Source of the DNA: an uncultured Chloroflexia bacterium
GTDB taxonomy: Bacteria > Chloroflexota > Dehalococcoidia > DSTF01 > JALHUB01
NCBI GenBank assembly: GCA_963703345.1
Contig: OY969814.1
Span: 320,001 to 384,000, forward strand
DNA length: 64,000 bases
Direction of reading: 5' to 3'
The notes under the pieces are model-generated. The model saw nothing but the letters and a program-made list of their open reading frames with translations. It was not told the origin of the DNA and made no database searches. This document shows, piece after piece, positions 1-9,551 of the stretch; position 1 is the first letter of the stretch; every line of letters starts with the position of its first letter. A program made the translations under genes and the position numbers.

Positions 1-643
1 CCAGGGTGACGAGGAGGGCGCGCGCGACCTTAGGGTTCTGGCTGATGCCGAGGTAGTGCGGCACGCTGGCCCAGAGGCTTATCGCGGGAAGGTCGGCCTG
101 GCGGCAGGCATCGTGGATGACGCCGGGAATGCCAGTGGGGCCCTGGTAGCGCGTCGGGCCGACGCGGAGGGCGCGAAGCCGCTCCAGGAGCAGCGGGTCG
201 GTGGCGAAGCCGATGAGCGGCACGTCGCGGGTGTGCGGCACGTCGCCGAGCATGGCGCCGAGGGTGACAATCATGCCGACTTCGCATTGTCGCGCCACGT
301 CCATGATTGCGGCGGTGAAGGCACGCCACTTGAGTTGGGGCTCGATACCGACCAGCACGACGACATCGCGCTCGAGGGCGGGATCGATATGGTAGAAGAA
401 GGAGTTGCTTGGCCAAGCGAGGCTGCGCTGGTAGTCCGGTCCGACGGAGACGGTGGGCCTTGTGCTCGTGAAGTCGTAGAATTCCTCGGGGTCGATGTCA
501 GCGAAGCGCTGCGCGGACCACTTTTCGACGAGGAGGCGCGCGGCGGTGGTTGCCGATTCGGCGGCGTCGTTCCAGCCGGCGAAGGCAGCGATCAGCAGCG
601 GGTTGCGCAGTGACGGTATCTGTTCGATGTGTGTGTGCGCCAT
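1..643 (-). CDS. PAC2 family (proteasome assembly chaperone-like) protein, runs off the window edge
   Basis: Manual translation from ATG at 643: MAHTHIEQIPSLRNPLLIAAFAGWNDAAESAT...IDPEEFYDFTSTRP...EPQLKW...DVPHTR...YQGPTGI...WASVPHY. Absent from the ORF track because it has no stop in the window. Confidence 0.85.
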   Translation of the reverse strand, partial: MAHTHIEQIPSLRNPLLIAAFAGWNDAAESATTAARLLVEKWSAQRFADIDPEEFYDFTSTRPTVSVGPDYQRSLAWPSNSFFYHIDPALERDVVVLVGIEPQLKWRAFTAAIMDVARQCEVGMIVTLGAMLGDVPHTRDVPLIGFATDPLLLERLRALRVGPTRYQGPTGIPGVIHDACRQADLPAISLWASVPHYLGISQNPKVARALLVTL

Positions 644-817
644 CGGTTCTCAGGCCGTCGCGACCACAGAGGGACGCCGGCGTCCGGTTCGAGTATAGCA
701 TCATAGGGCTGTCGGCGACCAAAGGTGCCGTTGCGCCGTTGTCGCTTCTCGCAACATTTGCGCTCTCCTTCCCACCCCTCCAGAGGCGGGCAAGCCTCCC
801 ACCCTAGAAGCGTTCAT

Positions 818-898
818 GGGGACCAAAGGGAACACCCCTTTGGAACCTCCTCCAGAGGCGGACCTTCGGCCGGCAGAGGGATACCCTCTGCACTCCTT
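818..898. repeat. Intergenic palindromic repeat, family C
   Basis: GC-rich hairpins ending CCCTCTGCACTCC; the same ending occurs at about 4518-4530. Confidence 0.55.
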
Positions 899-989
899 TG
901 CGAGAAGCGCCGCACGGACGGTGAAGTGGCGACGTATCGCCATTCGGGGGGACGTGGCATAATGGGCGAAACTTTGTCTCCAGGCGGTT

Positions 990-2363
990 ATGACGGAGCA
1001 TAACGAGTTCCCGGCGCAGGCCCTGTTCGAGCCCCGGTCTGTCGCCGTGGTGGGCGTGCCGCGCGGCCCGAAGGTGGGCCAGATCTTTCTCCAGGGGTTG
1101 CTGCACCCGGGCTACAAGGGCCCTATTTATCCCGTCAATCCGCACGCCGACGAGGTGCTGGGACTGCGCTGCTATCCGTCGGTTACGGCGCTGCCGGAGA
1201 CGCCGGACTTGGCGATTATCGTCGTGCCCAGCGAGTCGGCCGTCGAGGTCGTGCGTGAGTGCGCCGAGAAGGGCGTAAGAGCGGCGGCGCTGTTTACGGC
1301 CGGCTTCTCGGAGGCGGGAACGGAGGAAGGACAGCAGCGAGAGGCGGAGCTGCTGGCCGCCGCGCGGAGCGGGCCGCAGCCGCTGCGACTTCTCGGGCCG
1401 AACTGTATGTCGGTCTACGTGCCGAAGACACGCCTTTCGATGTTCCCGGGCCTGCCGGCGGAGATCGGCAACATCGCCTTCGTCTCGCAGAGCGGCTCGC
1501 TGTGCACGTTCGTGATCGGCATCGGCTACAATCGAGGCCTGGCCTACAGCAAGGTCGTCAGCATCGGCAATCAAGCCGACCTGTGCGCCGCCGACTTCTT
1601 CGAGTTCTTCGCCGACGACCCGGAGACGACGGTGATAGGCTCCTACCTGGAGGGCGCGAAGGAGGGTCCGCGGCTGTTCCGGGCGCTACAACAAGCGGCG
1701 TCGCGGAAGCCGGTGGTGGTCTGGAAGGCGGGCCGAACGAGCGCCGGCGCGAAGGCCGCGCACTCCCACACCGGCGCGCTTTCCGGCGAATCGCGCGTGT
1801 GGTCGGCGATGCTGCGGCAGGCGGGCGCGCTGGCGACGCATGACCTGGACGAGACGCTAGACCTGCTGGTCGCCGCTCACCTGATACCGCGCGACGGAGG
1901 TCGGCGGGTCGCGATTCTGGCGGGTCCGGGCGGGCCGGCGGTCTCCGCTTCCGACGCCGTCGAAGAGAACGGGCTGGAGCTGGCGCAGCTAACGTCCGGC
2001 ACGCAAGAAGTGCTGCGGGGCATCATCCCCAAGAGCGGCACGAGCGTCCGCAATCCCATCGACATGGGGCTGATGGCGCTGGGCACGGCGGAGATGTACT
2101 ATCGGGCGACGGAGACGGCGGCGGAGGACCCGAACGTTGACGCGATCCTGACGATCGGCGGCTCGACGGGAGTGGGGTCGTTCGATTCGTTTGCGGAAGC
2201 GATGGCGGAGATGGCGCAACGGAGCGGCAAGACGATCATGCAGTCGTCGGTGGGCGGCGAGATGCCGTACGAGCGGGCGTTTGCGGCTCGTGGGGTGCCG
2301 ACGTTCTCGAGTCCGGAACGGGCGCTATGGGCATACGCGCGCGTCACCGGCTACGCTAACTAG
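990..2363 (+). CDS. ADP-forming acyl-CoA synthetase alpha-subunit-like CoA-binding protein
   Basis: PRSVAVVG, YPVNP, LLGPNC, SQSG, SIGNQAD, phospho-His motif SHTGAL, NPID. No ATP-grasp domain. Confidence 0.85.
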   Translation: MTEHNEFPAQALFEPRSVAVVGVPRGPKVGQIFLQGLLHPGYKGPIYPVNPHADEVLGLRCYPSVTALPETPDLAIIVVPSESAVEVVRECAEKGVRAAALFTAGFSEAGTEEGQQREAELLAAARSGPQPLRLLGPNCMSVYVPKTRLSMFPGLPAEIGNIAFVSQSGSLCTFVIGIGYNRGLAYSKVVSIGNQADLCAADFFEFFADDPETTVIGSYLEGAKEGPRLFRALQQAASRKPVVVWKAGRTSAGAKAAHSHTGALSGESRVWSAMLRQAGALATHDLDETLDLLVAAHLIPRDGGRRVAILAGPGGPAVSASDAVEENGLELAQLTSGTQEVLRGIIPKSGTSVRNPIDMGLMALGTAEMYYRATETAAEDPNVDAILTIGGSTGVGSFDSFAEAMAEMAQRSGKTIMQSSVGGEMPYERAFAARGVPTFSSPERALWAYARVTGYAN

Positions 2364-2386
2364 CTTCCACACATCGTAGCGGGCGA

Positions 2387-2974
2387 TCAAGAGGGCTTGG
2401 TCGCGACGCCACAGATGTCCCATAGCGGCAGCCGGTGAAACTCCCCTTCGAATTGTAGGGACGCGGCCGCCAACGCGGCACGCCACTCGTCGGCGCTGAA
2501 CATGTCGTCGCGCTGGTGCGGCAGGAGGCGGTAGACAAGCATCAGGTAGCGGCGCGACGGCTCGGCGAAGCAGAAGCGTCCGCCGGGCTTGAGGACGCGG
2601 GCGACTTCGGGAATGGCGGCCCGCCAGTCGGGAACGTGGTGGAGGACGCCGACGACGAAGACGAGGTCGAACTGGCTGTCGGCGAAGGGCATGTGCGTGG
2701 CGTCGGCGACGAGCGGGGCGATGGGCAGGTCTCCGGTCCTGCGTCGGGTGCGCCGCACCATCGCGGCGTCGAGGTCGAAGGCGGCGACGAGGCGTGGTCG
2801 CGCCTTGCGGGCGAGCCGGGCGCTGAGGATGCCGGGGCCGCAGCCCAGGTCGAGCACCGTCGCCGCGGCGGGCAGTTGCGCCCAGCGCAGGAGAGCGTCG
2901 CTCTCGCCGCGGGCGAGCAGGGCACGGAAGGGGCTCATGACGAGCAGGCTTTCGACCAGGTTCATCTTCGTCAT
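2387..2974 (-). CDS. Class I SAM-dependent methyltransferase
   Basis: VLDLGCGPG, ADATHMPFADSQFD, LHHVPDW, RVLKPGG. Start trimmed to the ATG of MTKMN. Confidence 0.85.
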   Translation of the reverse strand: MTKMNLVESLLVMSPFRALLARGESDALLRWAQLPAAATVLDLGCGPGILSARLARKARPRLVAAFDLDAAMVRRTRRRTGDLPIAPLVADATHMPFADSQFDLVFVVGVLHHVPDWRAAIPEVARVLKPGGRFCFAEPSRRYLMLVYRLLPHQRDDMFSADEWRAALAAASLQFEGEFHRLPLWDICGVATKPS

Positions 2975-3124
2975 AGCGGCATTTCTCTCGGACGGGTCCC
3001 GTCGCATTATAGCAGCAGCGCGGAGCGGCAGACGCAGGGGGAAGGATCCCCTTGCCCGTCGCACGGGCGGCAGTGTACGATAGTTCGGCAGGGAAGCAAT
3101 AGGCGTGAGCGAAGGGAATGACAG

Positions 3125-3541
3125 ATGGTGGTCACGAAGCGAATTCATCTGGAGACACGGGGCAACGGCGATACGCAGGACATTACGCAGGCGGTGGCGC
3201 GCGCCGTCGGCGAGTCGGGCGCGAAGTCCGGCGTCGTGACGCTGTTCTGCCCGGGCTCGACGAGCGCGCTGACGACGATCGAGTTCGAGCCGGGCGTCGT
3301 CGCCGATCTGCAGCAGGTGTTCGACGAGGTGGCGCCGCAAGACCGCTACTATCGCCACAACGAGCGCTGGGGCGACGGCAACGGCCACAGCCACGTGCGC
3401 GCGTCGCTGCTGGGGCCGTCGCTGGCGGTGCCGTTCGTAGACGGCGTCTTGACGCTGGGAACGTGGCAGCAGATAGTACATGTAGACTTCGACGTTCGGC
3501 CGCGGCGTCGGGACGTGATCGCGCAGATCGTGGGTGAGTAG
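3125..3541 (+). CDS. yjbQ: YjbQ/UPF0047 family (secondary thiamine-phosphate synthase)
   Basis: DIT, HN..GDGNGHSHVRASLLGPS, LGTWQQI, DFD motifs. Confidence 0.9.
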   Translation: MVVTKRIHLETRGNGDTQDITQAVARAVGESGAKSGVVTLFCPGSTSALTTIEFEPGVVADLQQVFDEVAPQDRYYRHNERWGDGNGHSHVRASLLGPSLAVPFVDGVLTLGTWQQIVHVDFDVRPRRRDVIAQIVGE

Positions 3542-3544
3542 GGC

Positions 3545-4405
3545 GTGAATACCCGCAGGTTGGGTCTGATTGCGACGGCGCTGCTCGGCATTGCCTTCTT
3601 TGCCGGCTGCGACCGGCTTCCCGGCCACTCGACGCCGACGGCTCCGCCTGTCGCGACCGATGCGCCGGCGCCGCCGCCGGAAGATACGCCGGTCCCAACC
3701 AAGGCGCCTGCTCCCTCGACGCAGCTTTCGGCGGGCACGAGCGTCATCGTCGGCGGGCCGGTGCGACTGCGCGGCGATCCTTCGACCGCTAACCCACCAA
3801 CGGGCACCGTGTACGACGGCCAGACGGTCAAGATCGACGCCCTCGTGAAGGGCGAGAACTGGCTCGTCGGCTCACAGACGTGGCTTTCGTCGATCCCCGA
3901 GTGGACGACCGACTGGTATCGCCTCGACGACGGCAGCTACGTCTACGGCGCCTTCGTGTTCACGCTGCTGGCCGACGAGACGTCGCCGACGCGCAGTGCG
4001 GGCGGCGCGGAGAAGTGGATCGACGTGAACCTCACGAACCAGACCGTGACCGCGATGATCGGCGACCAGGCGATACACATCGCGCTGGCGACGTCCGGCA
4101 GCGCGGACTTCCCGACGCCGGCGGGGACGCATCACATCGAGCCGGACGGGCGCGTGGCATCCGTTGACATGACGGCGACGCAGGCGGGCTATTCGCCTTC
4201 GCAGGCGACGTACAATGTCGAGCGCGTTCTCTTCACGCAGTACTTCGACCGCATGGGGAACGCCATCCACCTCAACTACTGGCGGCCGGAGGAGGTCTAC
4301 GGGAACACGCCGACGAGTCACGGCTGCGTCGGGCTGCAGCTCCACGACGCGCAGTACTTCTGGCTGTTCGGAGCGCCAAACATGAGGGTTGAGATACACG
4401 GCTAG
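3545..4405 (+). CDS. L,D-transpeptidase (YkuD) family lipoprotein
   Basis: Lipobox FAGC, Pro/Thr linker, IDVNLTNQ, PTPAG, AIH and the catalytic SHGC motif. Confidence 0.85.
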   Translation: MNTRRLGLIATALLGIAFFAGCDRLPGHSTPTAPPVATDAPAPPPEDTPVPTKAPAPSTQLSAGTSVIVGGPVRLRGDPSTANPPTGTVYDGQTVKIDALVKGENWLVGSQTWLSSIPEWTTDWYRLDDGSYVYGAFVFTLLADETSPTRSAGGAEKWIDVNLTNQTVTAMIGDQAIHIALATSGSADFPTPAGTHHIEPDGRVASVDMTATQAGYSPSQATYNVERVLFTQYFDRMGNAIHLNYWRPEEVYGNTPTSHGCVGLQLHDAQYFWLFGAPNMRVEIHG

Positions 4406-4476
4406 GCGCCCGCCCAGTCCCTCGAAAGGGATGTTCTTCGTTCCCACCCAGCCCGCCCAGGAAGGTTATCAAGAAT

Positions 4477-4533
4477 TGGGGGCACAGCCCCCAAACCCCC
4501 AGTCAGCGGGGCTTCGCCCCTCTGCACTCCCCT
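4477..4533. repeat. Intergenic palindromic repeat, family C
   Basis: GGGGGGCACAGCCCCC and GGGGCTTCGCCCC hairpins followed by TCTGCACTCCC. Confidence 0.55.
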
Positions 4534-4542
4534 TGAACGCCG

Positions 4543-4571
4543 TTGACTCCTGACGGGAGCGCTCATAGACT
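4543..4571 (+). promoter_or_regulatory. Putative sigma70 promoter
   Basis: TTGACT-17 nt-TAGACT upstream of the ATG at 4596. Confidence 0.5.
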
Positions 4572-4595
4572 CGCGAGCAGGAGGCTAGAGCGAAG

Positions 4596-5456
4596 ATGAC
4601 GCCGCCGGGCGTGGGCGAGAGGGCCGTCGAGGTGGACGGGGTGCGGCTGCACGTGCTGGACTGGGGCGGCGACGGACCGCTCGTTTTCTGCATCCACGCC
4701 AACGGCTACATGGCCGCCATGTGGCATCCCATCGCGTTGGCCCTGACGCCGCAATCGCGTGTAATCGCCGTCGACCTGCCGGGGCACGGCGACAGCGAGC
4801 CGGCGCCGGACTATCGCTGGGACCACCTGTCGGAGTATGTCGCCGGCGTGCTGCGGGCGATCGACCTGGGTCCCGCCGTGCTCGTCGGGCATTCGATCGG
4901 CGGGACGCTGTCGGCGATCTGCGCCGCGCGGCACCCGGAGCTCGTGCTGGCGATGGTGCTGGCGGACGCGGTCATCCTGCCGGAGCCGTTCTACCGGCAT
5001 CCAGAAAGCACGCCTAGCGATCTTTACGGCACGTCGAGGCGGCGTCGCGCCTGGCCGTCGCGGGAGGCGATGCGGGAGTCGCTGGCGTCGAAAGCGACGT
5101 ACGCGCGCTGGCGGCCGGAGATGCTCGACCTTTACGTGCAGGAGGGCGCACGCGAGGTGGATGGGCAAGGAGTCACGCTGAAGTGCGCGCCGGAGACGGA
5201 GGCGGAGGTGTACCGGAACACGCTCACCTACAACTGCTGGCCGGAGATAGCGCACGCCGACGTGCCGGCGATCGTGCTGCGCGGGCTATCGAGCGAAGGG
5301 CTGGCGTCGTTGACGTCGCCGGAGGTGCCGGGCCGGCTGCCGCAGGCGGAGGACCGTCCGCTGGCGGAGGCGAGCCACCTGCTGCCGATGGAGTACCCGG
5401 AGGAGGTAGTCCGGGCCGTCCGCGACCTGCTGGAGACGATCCCTACCGATGCCTGA
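4596..5456 (+). CDS. Alpha/beta hydrolase
   Basis: DLPGHG, nucleophile elbow GHSIGG, C-terminal SHLLPME. Confidence 0.9.
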   Translation: MTPPGVGERAVEVDGVRLHVLDWGGDGPLVFCIHANGYMAAMWHPIALALTPQSRVIAVDLPGHGDSEPAPDYRWDHLSEYVAGVLRAIDLGPAVLVGHSIGGTLSAICAARHPELVLAMVLADAVILPEPFYRHPESTPSDLYGTSRRRRAWPSREAMRESLASKATYARWRPEMLDLYVQEGAREVDGQGVTLKCAPETEAEVYRNTLTYNCWPEIAHADVPAIVLRGLSSEGLASLTSPEVPGRLPQAEDRPLAEASHLLPMEYPEEVVRAVRDLLETIPTDA

Positions 5457-5667
5457 GATCCCTTCTCACCCGTTGTGGAGAAGAGTATAATTCGTGAGCG
5501 CGGAGCAGGCATTTGGAGAGCAGCTATCGTATCGGGGGTGTCCTCGCCCTTCCTGCGAATTCACGGTTCAAGACGCATAGTAGGGCCGAGTTCGCCTTCA
5601 GGACAACCGGGAAACGGTTGGCCGCTCCCGCAACCGGGCAGGCGTGATCCGCACAAAGGAGGCGTCG

Positions 5668-6105
5668 GTGGTTGTTGATTCCGAGTTGAGACTCTCAGGC
5701 GGGCGCGAAATACGAGCTTGGATAGATACTCATGAGCCAACGTTCGTGAGAGAAATAGAAGTTGAGCAGGTGGGAGGCGAACCGCCGCCTGAGCTTCTCG
5801 AGCAGGGGAGGCTGGATTTTGACGAGAGCAATCTCGTCCCGCCTGCTGGTCAGCGCAAGCTTCACGGCGTACAGCACTTCTTTTACGCTGCGGACGGGGC
5901 GCCGCTCTTTCTGTTCGCGCGAGTCTACGATGCAGTAGACGCGGACCACGCTTTGCAGCAGTATCTTCACGCGGAGGCTCCCGAAAGGAGATACGGACGA
6001 GGTGTGGATCACGTATTTGCCAAGCTGTACGATTCGAACTTCTGGTACGAGGATCAGGAGATTCGGGTGTTCCCTTTGTGGGTTGGGTCGGACGTGTTTG
6101 AATGA
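5668..6105 (+). CDS. Hypothetical protein, lower GC
   Basis: AAAGGAGG RBS before GTG at 5668, TATAAT at 5486, non-shadow composition. No family recognised. Confidence 0.6.
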   Translation: MVVDSELRLSGGREIRAWIDTHEPTFVREIEVEQVGGEPPPELLEQGRLDFDESNLVPPAGQRKLHGVQHFFYAADGAPLFLFARVYDAVDADHALQQYLHAEAPERRYGRGVDHVFAKLYDSNFWYEDQEIRVFPLWVGSDVFE

Positions 6106-6120
6106 ACAGGCGAGCGGTGG

Positions 6121-7809
6121 TCAGGTGGAGGGCAGGAGGTCGTGGAGGGTGAGCTGGAGGGAGCCGTCGCGGCGGTCCGACGATAGCGAGTAGACGACGT
6201 CGATGCGCTGGCCGTCCGGCACGGCCGCATTGCCGAGCCCGAAGCCGACGGCCGGCCAGGTGACGTAGCCGTCCTTCAGCTTCAGTCGCAGGTGCTTGCC
6301 GTCGCCGCCCATGACGCGGCAGTCGTGCACGGCCACGCCGCGACTCAGGAACACCGGCTCGCGGTTGTTGACGCCGTGGGGCGCCAGCTTTGCCAGCCAG
6401 CGGATCTCCTCGCGGCCCAGCTCGCGCAGCCCCACTTCGGCGTCCACTTCGATCACCGGCGCCAGGTCGACGCCGGCAAGCCGCTCCTCGGCGTGCGCGG
6501 TCAGCCGCTCCTTAATCGCGGGCAGGCGGTCGTTCTCGGCGGTGAAGCCCGCCGCCTGCGGGTGCCCGCCGAATCGCAGGAAGAGGTCGCCGCAGCCGCG
6601 TATGGCGGACGCGATGTCGAACTCGGGGATGCTGCGACTGCTGGCGCGACTCTCCGACTCGCCCCGCTGGTAGACGACGACCGGGCGGTACAGCGTCTCC
6701 GCCATCTTCGAGGCGACGAGGCCCGCCACGCCCGCCGGCACGTCGCTGTGGCCGAGCATTAGCAGCGCGGCGTCGTCTTCCCCGTCGACGAGACTCCAGG
6801 CAAGGTCCAGCGCGGTGGCTGTCTGGCGCTGTCGCTGGCGGTTGAGGGAGTCGAGCTGACGCGCCATCTCCCATGCGGCTTCGTCGTCATCGCAGAGGAG
6901 GAGTTCGAGGCTAAGGCGCGCGTGGGCGAGTCGTCCGGCGGCGTTCAGGCGCGGGCCAAGGATGAAGGAGAGCGATTCCGTGTCGATGCGCGACGGATGG
7001 ACGGACGCGACCTCCATCAGCGCCCGCAGGCCGCAGCGCTCGGTCTGCCGGACGGCGGCGAGGCCGCTTTGGGCCAGCGCGCGGTTCGCGCCCAACAGCG
7101 GCGCCATGTCGGCGATGGTGCCCAGGGCGGCGAGCTCGATGAAGCGTTGTTCCGGGAAAGGACGTCCCAGGCCGTCGAAGAGCGCCCGCAGCAGGTAATA
7201 CGCAAGGCCAGCGGAGGCCAGGTCGAAGTGCCAGTCGCGCATGGGCAGCGACTTCGGGTTGACGAGGGCTAACGCGTCGGGGAGACGGTTCGCCGGCGGA
7301 TGGTGGTCGACGATGAGCACGTCCATGCCGAGCGAGCGGGCGAACGCGACGTCTTCGACTGAGCTGGTGCCGCAGTCGACAGCGAGGAGCAGCGAGGCGC
7401 CCTGCTCGTGGAGTCGCTGGATGGCGGGCTGATTGAGGCCGTACCCTTCGGCGAAGCGGTCCGGGATGTAGGGAATGACGCTGGCGCCGAGCGCCGTCAG
7501 CCCCTCCGTCAGGAGCGCGACGGAAGTGATGCCGTCGACATCGAAGTCGCCGAAGACCGCGACGGCCTCGTTTGCGGCGGCCGCGCGCGAGAGGCGTTCG
7601 ACAGCGATGGCGGCGTCGGGAAGCGTCGCCGGATCGTACGTCGGATGGCGGCCGTCCAGGAAATCGCCTGCCTGGGTGGCGTCGGCGATGCCACGGTTCT
7701 CGAGCAGGCGCTGGATGAGCGGCGGATAGTGAGTATCGCGGAGGGCGCCGACATGGGGGCTGCGTCGGAGGCGCCAGCGGCGTCGGGCGTTGGGCACGAC
7801 CTGTACCAC
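6121..7809 (-). CDS. recJ: Single-stranded DNA exonuclease RecJ
   Basis: GDFDVDG, VDCG, VDHH, PRLNAAGR, GGHPQAAG, KHLRL. Start estimated at GTG after AGAGGT. Confidence 0.93.
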   Translation of the reverse strand: MVQVVPNARRRWRLRRSPHVGALRDTHYPPLIQRLLENRGIADATQAGDFLDGRHPTYDPATLPDAAIAVERLSRAAAANEAVAVFGDFDVDGITSVALLTEGLTALGASVIPYIPDRFAEGYGLNQPAIQRLHEQGASLLLAVDCGTSSVEDVAFARSLGMDVLIVDHHPPANRLPDALALVNPKSLPMRDWHFDLASAGLAYYLLRALFDGLGRPFPEQRFIELAALGTIADMAPLLGANRALAQSGLAAVRQTERCGLRALMEVASVHPSRIDTESLSFILGPRLNAAGRLAHARLSLELLLCDDDEAAWEMARQLDSLNRQRQRQTATALDLAWSLVDGEDDAALLMLGHSDVPAGVAGLVASKMAETLYRPVVVYQRGESESRASSRSIPEFDIASAIRGCGDLFLRFGGHPQAAGFTAENDRLPAIKERLTAHAEERLAGVDLAPVIEVDAEVGLRELGREEIRWLAKLAPHGVNNREPVFLSRGVAVHDCRVMGGDGKHLRLKLKDGYVTWPAVGFGLGNAAVPDGQRIDVVYSLSSDRRDGSLQLTLHDLLPST

Positions 7810-7925
7810 GATACCTCTTTCCGGGAGATGCGTCGCTGCGCGTTGCAGGCGAGCGCGGAAGTTCGCCCTTTCGGGAGCATACAGGCGGGCGACGGTAAGG
7901 GGAAGGGCCGCGAGGCGGAGTCGTT

Positions 7926-9536
7926 CTAGATCGAGCGAAGGCGCGGAAGCGCGCCCTTCTTGTCTAGCGGCGGGCCGGCGGCGCGGGACTTGATGGCGTG
8001 GATTGTCCGCGGCAGCTCCGGCAGGAGGTCGCTTGCCTGGAGGCCGGCGTCGCCCTGGGCCTCGCGGATGTGCTCGCCGGCCAGGCCGTGCAGGTAGACG
8101 CCGCAGCTTGCCGCGGCGAAGCGTTCGAGCCCCTGCGCCAGCAGCCCGGCAATCGCACCGGAGAGGACGTCGCCGGTGCCGGCGCTGGCGAGAGCCGGGT
8201 TGGCGAACGGACTGACGGCGGCGCGGCCGTCCGGCATCGCCACGACCGTATGGGCCCCTTTCAGCACGACCGTCTGCCGCCAGGCGACGGCGCTTTGCAT
8301 GGCGGCGGCAAGGCGATCGCTCTGGATCTCGGCGACGCTCTTGCCGGTCAGGCGTCGCAGCTCGCCGGGATGCGGCGTCAGCACGAGCGGCGCGTTCATG
8401 CGGGCGGCCCAACCGGGAACGCCGCCGAGGGTGTTGAGGGCGTCGGCATCGACGACGGTGGCCGCGGGCGTTCCTTCCTTCAACTCGAACAGCAGGGAGC
8501 GCACGAACTCCAGCGTGCGGCTGCGACCGCCCAGGCCCGGGCCGATGAGCATGACGTCATAGCCTTCCAGGACGCGCAGCACGTCGGCGACGCCTCTTTC
8601 CGAGAGGCCGCCTTCCTTGTCGGGCAGCGGAAGGTAGGTCGCTTCCACTAGACCGGCGGCGACAATGGGGAGGATGGACTGCGGGCAGGCGACGGTCACG
8701 AGGCCGGCGCCGGCCCGTCCCGCTGCGGCGGCGGCCAGGCGCACGGCGCCGATGTAGTTCTCGGAGCCGGCGACAACCAGTACGCGCCCAAAGGTTGACT
8801 TATTCGAGTCGAGGGGGCGCTGCGGCAGAAGCCCGGCGACCCATTCGTCAGTCATCAACTCCACCTTGAGGCTGCTCTCCGCGGCGCCCGGCAGGCCGAT
8901 GTGGACGACTTCGACGTCGCCCGCGTACTGCGAGCCGGGAAGCGTGTGCAGGCCGATCTTGGAGTAGCCGAGCGTGACTGTGAGGTCGGCGGGAAGCGTG
9001 TGGGGGTTGACGGCGCCGGTGTCGGAGTTGACGCCGGTCGGGAGGTTGACGGCGACGAGTCGCGGCGGCTGCGGCTGGCTGCGGGCGCGACGCACTCGCT
9101 CGAGTATCTGCGCCAGGTTCGCCTCGATGGGACGCGACGGGCCGGTGCCGAGCAGAGCGTCGACGATGAGCTCGGCGTCGGAGAGGAAGCGGTCGAGGGC
9201 GGCGAATGACGGGTCGCTCTCGGCGTCGGTGATGTCGATCTCACGCTTAACGAGCTCCGGCAGGTTCGCATCGTCCGCTCGGCGCTTCGCCAAGAGGTAG
9301 ACGCGGACTTCGGCGCCCCAATCGTGGAGATGGCGCGCCGCGACCAGGCCGTCGCCGCCGTTGTTGCCGGGCCCGGCGAGGACAACGATGCGGCGTCCTT
9401 TGACCGTGCCCAGCAAGGCGCGCACCTGTTCGGCGACGCCGCGGCCGGCGTTCTCCATGAGCTTTTCGACGGGGACGCCCGCCTTCGTCGCCTGCTGGTC
9501 GAGGGTGCGGACCTGGTCGGCGGTGACGAGCTTCAT
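7926..9536 (-). CDS. nnr: Bifunctional NAD(P)H-hydrate epimerase/dehydratase
   Basis: LMENAG, GPGNNGGDG, DALLGTG, GPGLG, DADALN, TPHPGE, LKG, AGTGDVL. Confidence 0.93.
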   Translation of the reverse strand: MKLVTADQVRTLDQQATKAGVPVEKLMENAGRGVAEQVRALLGTVKGRRIVVLAGPGNNGGDGLVAARHLHDWGAEVRVYLLAKRRADDANLPELVKREIDITDAESDPSFAALDRFLSDAELIVDALLGTGPSRPIEANLAQILERVRRARSQPQPPRLVAVNLPTGVNSDTGAVNPHTLPADLTVTLGYSKIGLHTLPGSQYAGDVEVVHIGLPGAAESSLKVELMTDEWVAGLLPQRPLDSNKSTFGRVLVVAGSENYIGAVRLAAAAAGRAGAGLVTVACPQSILPIVAAGLVEATYLPLPDKEGGLSERGVADVLRVLEGYDVMLIGPGLGGRSRTLEFVRSLLFELKEGTPAATVVDADALNTLGGVPGWAARMNAPLVLTPHPGELRRLTGKSVAEIQSDRLAAAMQSAVAWRQTVVLKGAHTVVAMPDGRAAVSPFANPALASAGTGDVLSGAIAGLLAQGLERFAAASCGVYLHGLAGEHIREAQGDAGLQASDLLPELPRTIHAIKSRAAGPPLDKKGALPRLRSI

Positions 9537-9551
9537 GGCAGGATCCTTCCT

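Noticed and set aside
5595-5645. Possible c-di-GMP riboswitch at the GAAA-loop hairpin
   Set aside because: The rest of the class I/II consensus could not be matched.
7810-8412. N-terminal extension of the RecJ ORF (similar extensions at 2975-3628, 16363-16824, 45151-45474)
   Set aside because: Arg/Pro-rich sequence overlapping other genes or repeats; better starts lie downstream.
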